A stretch of 61,535 bases of DNA, filler included, from Choristocarpus tenellus KU-1152 (Eukaryota > Protista > Phaeophyceae), in assembly GCA_964200185.2 (NCBI GenBank). It is 8 parts of 8 records of this genome, joined end to end, with 100 filler letters (N's around TTAATTAATTAA, not from the genome) between each part and the next. Parts side by side here need not be neighbours in the genome. Positions count along the whole stretch, not along the records: positions 25,877 to 29,815 come from CAXNAD020017034.1; positions 29,916 to 35,475 come from CAXNAD020010430.1; positions 35,576 to 47,336 come from CAXNAD020002154.1; 5 more parts are not named here. One strand, given 5' to 3'. How positions within the stretch are numbered: position 1 is the first letter of the stretch; every line of letters begins with the position of its first letter. The position numbers were made by a program, and so were the translations under genes. Below the pieces are notes generated by a model that worked only from the letters and a program-made list of their open reading frames with translations, was not told the DNA's origin and searched no databases. Of the stretch, positions 25,971 through 36,421 are shown one piece after another.

Positions 25971-27399
25971 TTCAGGTCTCACGAGACACAATCTGATATG
26001 TGTCATGCCGATTTCTCTGGATTTATAATATACTGAATCGTAACGTAGAGTGTGCAAGGAGCCTACTCAGAACGAAAGTTTTTTTTTTTAATGTATTTGA
26101 ATCAATTTATGTATTATATATTGATTGATCTATGTACACGAAATCATTAAGAAAAACGCCATGCAACTTTTTAGCCGTTTTAGGTAAGTTATTATTAGAG
26201 GGATGAGAGGGGAGTGGTGCAGTATATACCTGGTAGTCAAATAATAGATGTTAAGAAAATATCTTTCACATCTACGACAATCGTTACTTTTTACAGGAGT
26301 TCTTATGATATTGAATTGGCTCTTCCCCTGACTCATCTGCAAAATGTCTGAGGGTATAATAATATATATATACTATTGAATTTGAGGCTTTGGAGGTGTT
26401 GGGATTATCAACTTCGCAACAGATGGCACTGTAACACATACTTTCAGCATCTAGTTGGATGTACCGCCACTAAGAAGTGTGACTGTTTGCGGATTGGCAC
26501 ATGGACATTTGGTTCAAGACCGCTGTGTCCCTCATTGTTCAGGATTTGTTTCAGTTGGAGTTGTTTCATCTTTGGCAACTGGCAGAACAATTGGAGAACT
26601 GAAGACGTTGCAGAGGTGGGTGAAAGACCTCTAAACGAAATGTGTACAAGGACTCAACGCTGGGGTATTGGCACATCACGGTTTGGTACACAGAAGAGAT
26701 GGAAGCAAATAATGTGTGGAAGAACTCTCGTTGTTTTGACAACAAGACAGAGGTGATGGGGGCTGCACATGAATGGCGCCTCTTGCTAGAAAGGGAGAAC
26801 ATCAAGAAGTTGGAGGACGCCCCGCTTCCTGAAGGCAAGCATTACTGTCTGTTGAAGTCTGTAAAGGTGTCGGCTGCTGTGACTGCCTCTTACTGAGCAC
26901 CTTGCCCGGTTCAAGAAGTCCCTTCACTTCGTTTTGCTGAACTCGTGGAAGATATATAGCAGTTTGTTGAAACTGAACTCGTTAGGAGAGAGGGCATTGA
27001 AACAGCAATGAATGAAAGTAGGGGGAGACTTTGCCGGAAGTATGTTGAGCATACTGTTCTGAGCAAACGACTGAGGAGGGTGTTGGTGACATCATGGGAG
27101 ATGAGAGAGGCGTGGGTGGACAAATGCTTAAGAATATCGCCTATATTTGCTGGGAAAAAACGTTCTTGAGGCACACACTCAGGGTTGGGCAGGGGAATAT
27201 GAGAGGCTCAATTATTGTGTCTTAGGGAAAGTAACTCCGCTGGTCAAGCAACTTGACATGAATAAGGAAGATGAGAGTGGGGGGTGAGGGTGGGAGTGAG
27301 GCGGGAGCAGTGTTAATGTTACTTGCAACGCATCTAATGCCCACAATGAGCACGGGCAGATATGTACCATGCAGGTGAAGAGACGTTTCAATCAAGCAA

Positions 27400-28129
27400 T
27401 GACAACCATGGATGTCCTGAACTGGTAGCAAAAATGGACAATGATCAGTTCGAGCTAGTGCAGCAGGGCCTCCAGTTGGAATACTCTGAAGCTGCTTGTA
27501 TTAGACATGGAAACAGAAAGGTAGGAGGCAGTGCAATGAGTTATTGTGGCTGAAGTGCTAAGTTATAGCAATAAATAAGGAGTAGCAGATTCACTTCTTT
27601 GATGGGTGCAGCACTTCCAGAAGAGTGGGGGCTGTTCCATTAGAGATGGAAGGAAGAGAACAGAGGAGTGGATCTTGAAAGAGGAAGATCTTGCCCAATA
27701 ATTATTTGCTGAAAGTCTTCGTTGATTAGGAGCTAGTGTTGGTGTTTAGTGTATGGAAATATGTCAACACTAAGTTTTTTGCCGAGGAAGGTGGCATATT
27801 GGAGGTTCAGAAGTATGGACTTAATCTGCCCATCGTTTGCAGTACTGCCCATCACTGGGTGCTGAAAATAGGCTGCAGGTATGGTGCAGCTTAACAATCC
27901 CACTGCACTGATGGCCACAGTAAACCGAAGAGTCGTTGCATACTGGGCAGAATACACACAACCCTTGCGGCATTTCCCAACATAGCTGCCGCTTTAGGTG
28001 CACGCAGGGTATGTGTCTTTTGTGGGTGGTGAGAAGAAGGCACTTTATGTTGTGAGGGCAAGAGATTTGGGGAAGGTGGGGACCGAATTGTTAATTTTCG
28101 AGCAGGTTGGGTCAAAAACGGACGCCGGC

Positions 28130-28160
<31 letters not shown>

Positions 28161-28895
28161 ACACCCCCCCTCTTTCGTACGGTTGTATTTTCGTTTTCGT
28201 TGGTTTGGTGGGAGGGGGGAAGGANNNNNNNNNNGGGAAAGGGGTTGGGGGGGGGGGGGGCGGAATGTTTTATTTTGCGGGGGTGCGGCGACAAAAGCGG
28301 CGCCCGGCCCCCCCCCCCCCCCCCCCCCCAGATACTTTGACCCGTTGGTCTGAAGCGTGTTAAGTTCCATGTTGACGTGCTGGGGGCTAAGAGAGAACGA
28401 TGTATTTGATTCTGTTCAGACAGAATTTGATCCTTGTGATGGGAACTTGGGCGTAGAGCAGACAATGGATACAAGCGCCCCCTAAAGGGTAGGTCATGGC
28501 CACCTTGTTTGCAAGTGCAGTATGATGGCATACCACATTGGGTTGGACAAAAACATATTCGAGGCATATGCAAGGGAGCACAAAATGTGGGTTATTGAGG
28601 TGTTGAGGGGGTTGCGAAAGAAGACTGAAGGTCTATGGAAAAGGATGTCTGCCTTACAGGAAGAAAACAAGGGTTTTGAGTTCAAGATTTCTCCAGGGGG
28701 ACTGAAGACCAAGAGTGCCTGGCGAAGGGGTAAACGGGCTCTGAGTTGTAGCCTTGAGTTGAGCTTTCTTGAGTATGGGAAGTACAAGGATGGGTTTTGG
28801 GACTGTGAGAAACTTGTGATGCAGGTTGAGGGTTTGGTGGAATGCTCTGAGTGCTTTTACTCTGCTCTACAGCATTATTGAGGTTGACCACTTAA
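27400..28895 (+). pseudogene. Decayed DDE transposase (IS630/Tc1/mariner-related, 'DGHE...GKxxDGYW...DxSS' type), copy 1
   Basis: Remnant motifs KYVNTKFF, STAHHWVLKIG...TDGHSKP, GLDKNIFEAY, LRKKTEG, VSALQ(D/E)E, YGKYKDGFW, with multiple stops and frameshifts. Interrupted by a MITE at 28109. Subfamily not assigned; 5' limit approximate. Confidence 0.65.
28109..28343. mobile_element. MITE family B insertion (interior inflated by poly-C/G assembly noise)
   Basis: Termini GGGTCAAAAACGGAC... and ...AGATACTTTGACCC, flanked by GTT on both sides. Confidence 0.7.
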
Positions 28896-28959
28896 GTGTC
28901 ATATAGGAAGTGTAGGTGGATGGTTTACATGTGACAAACATGAACATTGAGTTTGGTGG

Positions 28960-29605
28960 GAAGCAGACCTCTCTCCATGGCAGTGTTCTGCTTCCCACCA
29001 AACCTGACTGCTTGAGTGGTCAACCTCAGTAAGAAGTTGTAGATCTAGGTACAAGCTCTCAAAGCAACCTAACCCTAACCCTAACCTGCACCGAAAATTT
29101 CTCATAGTCCTAATACCCGTCCCTATTCTTACCACATTTGAGAAATCTCAAATCAGGGCTACAAGTAAGTGACTGCTTACCCGTCCTTTGCTTAGCATTG
29201 ACACTGTTGCTCATGCAGTCCCCCTGGAGAAATCTCGAAGTCAAACCCTTGTTTTCGTCCTGTAAGGCAGACACCCCTTTCCCTAGACCTTCAGTCTTCT
29301 TTCGCAACCCCCTCAACACCTCAACAACCCGCACTTTGTGCTCCCTTACATATGCCTCGAATATGTTTTGTCCAACCAAATGTGATACACCATCATACTG
29401 CACTTGCAACAAGGTGGCCATGACCTACCCTTTAGGGGCCTTCTTCGAAAACTCCTCACCTCTTGACAACTCACTGTTTGCCCTCCCTTGCATATGCTTC
29501 GAAGATGCTCTTGTCCAACCCAATGTGATACACCATCAAACTGCTTTTGGAAACAAAGCGAGCATGATCTACCCTGCATGGGGTGCTTGTTTCCACTGCT
29601 GCACG
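28960..29605 (-). pseudogene. Decayed DDE transposase, copy 2, inverted relative to copy 1
   Basis: The reverse complement of ~29020-29437 aligns with ~28480-28890 (LRGLRKKTEGLG, GKNRDGY, EVDHSSS). An extra partial duplicate lies at ~29480-29600. Confidence 0.75.
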
Positions 29606-29934
29606 CTGAAGCTAGACACTGTATGTGACATAGTGGTCACTGAGGAATGCATGGGGCTCGATGAAGCCAAAATGTACTGGTACTGAGGAAAATACAAGGT
29701 TCTTTCAAACCTTCCCAGTCTTGCTGTGGGTGTTATAGTTGGTATGCATGCCGCACTAGAGACCATCGCAGGGGGTATGAATGTTTGAGAAAGGGTGCTA
29801 TAGAGGGAGTGGAGGNNNNNNNNNNNNNNNNNNNNNNNNNNNNNNNNNNNNNNNNNNNNTTAATTAATTAANNNNNNNNNNNNNNNNNNNNNNNNNNNNN
29901 NNNNNNNNNNNNNNNGACACAAAGAAAAATGAAG

Positions 29935-30091
29935 AGCTCGAAGTAGCGGGGGGGGGGGGGGGGGGGGGTCTATACGAGGGTGTCCATTCGGACCCTGACC
30001 AGTAGAAATGCAACCAAATGACCCAAAATCGCGGCATAAAAAAATGGGCTCCAAATGGACAGCCGCCGCCCCCCCCCCAGATATTCGAGTC
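29935..30091. mobile_element. MITE family A, degenerate copy
   Basis: G-run, GTCTATACGAGGGTGTCCATT ... CCAAATGGACAGCCGCC, C-run, AGATATTCGAGTC. Confidence 0.7.
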
Positions 30092-30197
30092 CGAAAATTC
30101 GGATGGCATCCAGATGCCTCTCTACAATCAATTTTAAACTTGACATCAGGAGGAAGCTGAAGTAATGTTACTGCGTAAGGTCAGTATGGAGCTCTAC

Positions 30198-33100
30198 CTG
30201 AGGTGCCCTAACCACCGCAAAGTCTTCGAGCATATCACTGCTGAGAGCGAGGTCTGGCACAGCCTGCAGAATCAGGACGACAGCAACATGTGAACATCAG
30301 AAGGGCAACTTTGGAAAATAAGAGTGGGAGAGAGAGATGCATGCACGGAAATGGAAATAAAACAAGAAGCACCAGTTCAGGATGGAATGCAAAATAACCC
30401 TAACCCTAACCGAATGGATGATGGGACCTTCGACATTGAATATCATCTTCCTTTTTTTCTTTTCTGGCACTACAGAATGGACGATAGGTGAGGTGCTTTT
30501 TTCCTTGGCCAGGTAATGATAGCGCATCACCCCCCTACTTGATCGGCAAGCAAAGCAATGCAAGAGGGACACCACTTTGGTTGCACAAATGCTCACATCT
30601 ATAAAATAACTCTGATGCAAAAATTTCACAACTGAAATCTTACACCTAACCAAGAGACCCTGGACACCATTGAGCAACCAATTCATCAAACTAACACCAA
30701 AACGGTTTGTGCAAAATTGTGAGACTAATGCCCCTGCTCGCTTTTTATAACTCCCAGAAAACGCCTTGCGAACATTGACATGCCATTCTGCAATACTATA
30801 ATTACTATAGAGGGAAGCACAATCGCACACACAAGCCATAAGAACATAGCACCTGCTGCATCCCTCTACGAGCACAGTCTAGACATTCAGTTACCCCTCG
30901 GACAACACACAACAAGATAACACAACAAGACTACACAACAAGGCAACACAAGACAACACAACAAGACAACACAACAAGACAACACAACAAGGCTTTGCAC
31001 ATATCAACCACATTTCGCCATAAAGATGACAAAAGACACAATAAATCAAGAACCTACGCATTCAACCCTCACGTGCTAGTCAGTTGATATCAAGGAATGT
31101 CAACACAAACCCTCCCTTCTCCTCACACATCTGCAGATTCATCACCACAACCAACACAAGGGGTATGGCAACTAGAGACCAGACTTGGTTGACGGGTGCA
31201 TAACCTCGTGCAAGAAAAGGTTGATAGTTTCATTTCAAATATACCTTTTTTATGTCCTAAGCGATCAACTTCATAACACAATACCGTCCCACCAACCTCT
31301 CATCTTTTAATTGGCAGTATAAACCACCAATAAAGGCCCTCTTTATGACCCTGATCCGCTCCACACTAAATAATGAAAGGAACTTGCAACAACTATCTGT
31401 TGTGTGCTTCCTCAACCCGCACATGCACAGAATACAGTTACATAGTTGCATATAATGATAACCCTAACCCTACATCTCGCCCCATAACCCCCAAGGCAGT
31501 TCCCCCATGCATCGACAGATCTCTAACAACTGCCTCTCTTTCAAGTTTTCATTAGACAATATCTCAGAACATACGCCAATTTCATATTGTATTGTCTCCC
31601 CCTTGACTCGAACCCTAACCCTAACCCAAATACTACTCACTCCCTCTTCCCTTCCCCTTTCCCCGGCCCATATATACACTTCAACTACAACTGTACTTTG
31701 AAGTAAATTTAAATCGTCTCACCCCACCCAGGCTGGTTGTTTTGTTCCTGTCTGCACAAGGAGGGCTGAGACGTCCCTCCCTCACCTTGTTCAATACCCT
31801 CAATGCCGTTTCCATAACATCTTCATCTCTCATAGGCACCAGAGGATTAGCATGGTAAAAGTCCACCTAATAAAATTAGTAACACGTGATGTCAATATAC
31901 ATGGAGAATATAAGTGTATAGTAGAGCATTGAATGTAGATGGTAGAAGGGGTGTATGTATGAACACTGATGAAAGCATTACCGCCAATGGGGCGGCTAAC
32001 AATATCAGATTGCACACATCTACTCCTAGAATAGGAGTGATTGATCAGCTCTGCTCACATCCTCCATCCCCTCTATATATCCATTAAAACGTAACCTTTA
32101 CAATAAAATGAAAAAAAAAATCGTTAACCGTATTCTGATTTTAAAAAATGAAATATAATCTGACTCCAATCAGGAAAGTAAATATAGAAGTGATAGAGTC
32201 AGGGAAACAGTATCACTGTGAAAGAAACCAAAGACGGTATGAAGAATATAATATAAACAGTATTACACACTTGCATCTAAGGTATTACTTTTAACTTAAT
32301 ATTGAACTTTTGATCCCCCAACATCTGATTGGTAGGAATCTCTGATTTGTCCCTAAGATTGGCGCAGTCGCCAATCTTTGACCATGTTTTCTTCCCTAAT
32401 TCCATTCAGCTGGCCAGGGGACAAAGATGAACGAAACAATGCAATAAGGTATATACCTCTTAATATCAACAAAAACGAAAAAATAATCTGGAATACAAGC
32501 ACTTCTTCCAGGTGGCATTGCAGTGTATCAGACTTGAAAACAATATGAAAAAAAACAGGCAAAAAATAAAATAGTTCATGTGGTGTAAGCTATTGTAGCA
32601 GAATTCGCTTATACACCTTGTGCTTTAAATGCCTTTTTACCTTACGAATAGTAAGTGTTATAGTAGGTGTTATAGTAAATGTTATAGTATAGATAGTATA
32701 GTTAAGGTTAGGGTTTGCAAATATCTAGTATACCTTAAATAGGAGATAGGGTTGGGATATGAAATCCACAAAGAAAATGAGTTAGGGTCAGGGTTAAGCT
32801 TACAAAAAATACACCTAAAATGAGGGATAGGGTTATATAATTGGATGTATAACGAAGTACTCTAAAGTAGAAAGTAACACCTAAAAGTTAAAAAAAAAAA
32901 AAAAACATTAAAAATATATAAAAATGCTGGGTGTTTATAATTCACAAAAGAAAACAAGCAATCAGTCTATAAAACAGCAATTCGAACAACAGGTATGAAA
33001 ACCAACTCAGTGACCTCATGGAAATAAAACCGCTTCCTCTTAATTTTCGTCATCACAAAATTAAGCCACAGCCTAGAAATTGAACAAAATACCCAACATA

Positions 33101-35347
33101 TCATAAATTTTCGTACTCAAAAATAGTGCATTACTCCCAGGTTCTCATCAACGTCCAACGCTTCACACTCGTTTCCTCTCAGTCACCACTTACTATTTGT
33201 ATATATATATATAAACAAATATACATATATATATATATATATATAAGTCTCCTCGTATGGCAGATAAAATTAAACCTAATAAGGTGCACGGGGTCTATGC
33301 ATAGCTCGTTTGCATCAGAAGAGTATGAAAATGCAAACGCCTTCAAACATCACGCTCAGTTGTGGGCTGAGATCCTAGCATTGCCAGCAGTGTTATGACT
33401 GAGTGTTATGACTGAGGTTTATGATTGAGTGTTATGACTGAGTGTTATGGCTGAGTGTTATGACTGAGTGTTATGACTGCATGGAGCAACTCCCGGTAAG
33501 CACCAGAGCTGGAACTGATCTTTGATCGTGGACTAGGGTGAGAGTTTTGGGGTTAGAGTTAGGATCGTGGGGGAAAAATGCCCGGTCGAAGGGGCAAAGG
33601 TTTTACGATTTTAAAAAATCCAAAAAATCTGATTTTTTTTTTCCATTTGGGGGAAGGGGAGGGATAGGAATAGGCCTCTTAAAATAATTGAAAAATGGTA
33701 ATTTTTTAGAATAAGCGTCTTGTCGTTAGGAACAGGCCTTAGAACTGAGGTGTAGGGTTAGGGTTAGGGTTAGGGTTAGAGTCACGGCATACCAACCACC
33801 TGAACAAATGCACAATGAAATTGAACCATTCAGCCCACCAAAAAGGCACGAATTGATATTCCGGAGATCCGAGTCAACTATTCTAGGTTGAGAGAAATAC
33901 TACAATATATCGTGGACAAGTCATGCTAGCAGGTGGGGGCTGCTGGGGACAAGTTTATTGGGGGAAGGAAGGAGAGGTGTCAGTTCAGAAGCAACTCCAC
34001 AAAATCCCAGACCCAAGCCGACTCAGTTTCCATTCCTGAGAGAAAAAAAAAGTCAATTCAAACATGAAGCGTGCGCACTGAACTCAATCAGATGTAGATT
34101 GTCCCCACTGTCAAACACAAAGACCATAAGAGAAATGTAAAGCCCGAAATTCCAACCTCAACTCCATCACGACCTCAGGGCCCCAGCACCCCATTTCCAA
34201 AAATATGAGTTCTCTTGCTTGTCTTGATTCACCTCAATGACGGACTCTTCAACTAGAGAGTACTCATCCTGAAGTACATTAAGGTGATAAAATGTCAGGC
34301 CCGTTGACTCCAGGCCTATTATGGGATACAAGACAAGTGTGTGACGGAAGTGGACGTGGTGATCATTGAAAAAGCATAATGGTCGATCTGGTGAGCATGC
34401 ATCAATACGAGTGAAGCTATCTTAGGGTTAGGGTACGAGTTATTCCCTGTTTGTCCATTTGGGACTTGGCTTACCATGCTTTTTTTTATGACGCTTACGC
34501 ACTCCAACATGTTTAGGAGTAGGTAAATATGTATGATGTGAAAATTTGTGTCTGGAACATGGCTATTGACACGTCCTAACAAACACGATATCGCAACATT
34601 GGATTTTAGCCCCCAAATGGACACGGCTCTACCCTCTAAGATTCTTTGACTCTACATCAATGCGCACACATCTCCACATTCTTGTCTACAAAGCAACAGA
34701 CAAATGGGAAGAGACAAAGCACATTCTGACCCCCACCCCCAAACAATCAAATAAATAAAATGAAGCAAGGAGACGACTGTCTTCGTAGGAAACGTAGTTC
34801 AGAAAGAGCAAAAAAAAAACTTGGAAACACACAAACACACACAAACACACACACACGTATGTAACTTGACACCCATACCATCACTTCTTCACCATGAAGA
34901 GAGGTATGAAGGGAAATGTAGGAATCAATGTTCTCGGTTTGGAAAGGCATCTCTGTATAGTTGGTTTTGAAAAGCCTTCATGGCACGCTTTCATGCACCC
35001 TTGGGTATCCCTCTTAGAAGAGAGGACGATTTTTCTGTTTTTGCTAAAAAAAAATTAAAAGCAGGAACAATTTTCCACTTGTTTTGTTGCAGTGTTTGGA
35101 AGGAGGGAGTAGGACAATGGAGAGGGGGACATATGTACGTATCAATATCCATCCACACACATGTTTTCTTGGGGGGGGGGAGATTTATACCAGGGGCCAT
35201 TCCTCCTCCAGCCACACATGCAGCATGGGGTAGAGGTATCTTTCTCCTAAAAAATAGGCGTACTGCCACAACATCAACGCCTCGGAGGTTAGAGAAACCT
35301 GCAAACTCTGGTAACACTGCCAGGTCCTTGCAGCCTTTGACCATTCC
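30198..35347 (-). CDS. Flavin-containing amine oxidase / carotene-desaturase-like protein, internal exons only; complement(join(30198..30263,31786..31866,34233..34315,35191..35347))
   Basis: Phase-consistent splicing gives ...FSNLRGVDVVAVRLFFRRKIPLP...GLTFYHLNVLQDEYSLVEESVIEVDFYHANPLVPMRDEDVM...AVPDL...EDFAVVRAPQ. This matches the cyanobacterial/plant family motif L(H/Q)DEY...VIExDFYHAN. Both ends run off the contig. Confidence 0.85.
30901..30991. repeat. 13-bp minisatellite (ACAACACAACAAG)n
   Basis: About 7 imperfect units, intronic. Confidence 0.9.
33389..33479. repeat. 13-bp minisatellite (AGTGTTATGACTG)x7
   Basis: Direct tandem units with no spacers, intronic. Confidence 0.93.
33753..33779 (+). 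repeat. Interstitial telomeric repeat (TTAGGG)n; others at ~13048, 29066, 30395, 31611, 34422, 36069 and 51425
   Basis: Two to five near-perfect TTAGGG/CCCTAA units at each site. Confidence 0.9.
34409..34652. mobile_element. MITE family C, intronic, TSD TAC
   Basis: TAC|GAGTGAAGCTATCTTAGGGTTAGGGTAC ... TACCCTCTAAGATTCTTTGACTC|TAC. Confidence 0.88.
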
Positions 35348-36268
35348 CTGGTACAACACAAGAAAAGAAATACTGGAGTTAGGCTTGGGGATAGGATTGG
35401 CACAGAAATAGTTGTAGGGGGAAGGGGGGGGGGGGCACAACAATCATGGTATATGAATGGAAAAAAAAAAAGTATNNNNNNNNNNNNNNNNNNNNNNNNN
35501 NNNNNNNNNNNNNNNNNNNTTAATTAATTAANNNNNNNNNNNNNNNNNNNNNNNNNNNNNNNNNNNNNNNNNNNNAGGTGGGGTTTTTTTTTTTTTTTGC
35601 TATAAACGCCCTCGACACCCCCCCCCCCCCCCCCCCCCCCCTGTCACGCACAATCTCAAACTGACTATTTGCGTTTGTGTTAAATTGTAACTAATATGTG
35701 TATATGCGAACTGTTTCATATAATGCCCCCCCCCCCCTCCCTCCTCCCATGTTGATCCTTTTGTCACTATCAACGCCTCCTGAAGGTGGAAAACAAGTGG
35801 GCATCTCGTCTGCAAAAGAACCTCGATTCGTTTAAAACTGTAACTGACGAGAATGCACCTATTGTGGCAGAAAATGTAAGTGTGCTCTGATTCCCCCCTC
35901 CCCCCCCATGCCCTCCATGAATTGAGGGCTGTGAAGCTACATGTTTAGGACTTCATGATGGATACAGATGTACCGTTATATTTGTGTAGGAAATTAACTT
36001 GGGAGGCGAATGTGGTATGGTTGAGTATTTTCAAGTAGAGACCACTTTTTAGGAGTGTTATTGGGAAGTAGGGTTAGGGTTAGGGTTAGAACTGTACTCT
36101 TCTTCGGTCAATCTTGTAAAAAAAAACCTGGAAATATATTTAGGGTAGCCAAGTTTTTTTTTTAGATCAGAAAAACTTGAAAAAAAAAATCAGTCGAGCA
36201 CTGGCTAGTTTTGATAAGAGCTACTACGTTGATGAAACTTATTTTCCCATCTTGAAAATGTTTACCAG

Positions 36269-36421
36269 GTCGGCAAGACGGCAGTTGAGGCAGCAGCAGT
36301 GATAAAGTCTGCTGCTCAAAACCAGGCTGAGAGCACTGGGCTCACACCCACAGCCGTGGGGGAAAGTCTCCGGAGTACGGTTGGCTCGCTTTCAGACTCT
36401 GTTGGTACATCCTTGAAATGA
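36269..36421 (+). CDS. Probable terminal coding exon of a gene whose 5' part is off-contig
   Basis: Acceptor TTTACCAG, then VGKTAVEAAAVIKSAAQNQAESTGLTPTAVGESLRSTVGSLSDSVGTSLK*; a GC-rich island in AT-rich DNA. Confidence 0.45.
   Translation, partial: VGKTAVEAAAVIKSAAQNQAESTGLTPTAVGESLRSTVGSLSDSVGTSLK

Noticed and set aside
27891-28573. Poly-Pro/poly-Gly ORFs
   Set aside because: They derive from C/G homopolymer runs in a MITE around an N gap, most likely assembly noise.
33389-33479. Regular repeat arrays as CRISPR-like (also 30901, 43000, 15245)
   Set aside because: Head-to-tail units without unique spacers, no cas genes, and a eukaryotic intronic or repeat context.
1115-35347. Lipid/plastid metabolic gene cluster (INSIG-like, GSCFA, GDPD, amine oxidase)
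   Set aside because: The genes sit on three different contigs separated by artificial linkers; only the first two are truly linked.
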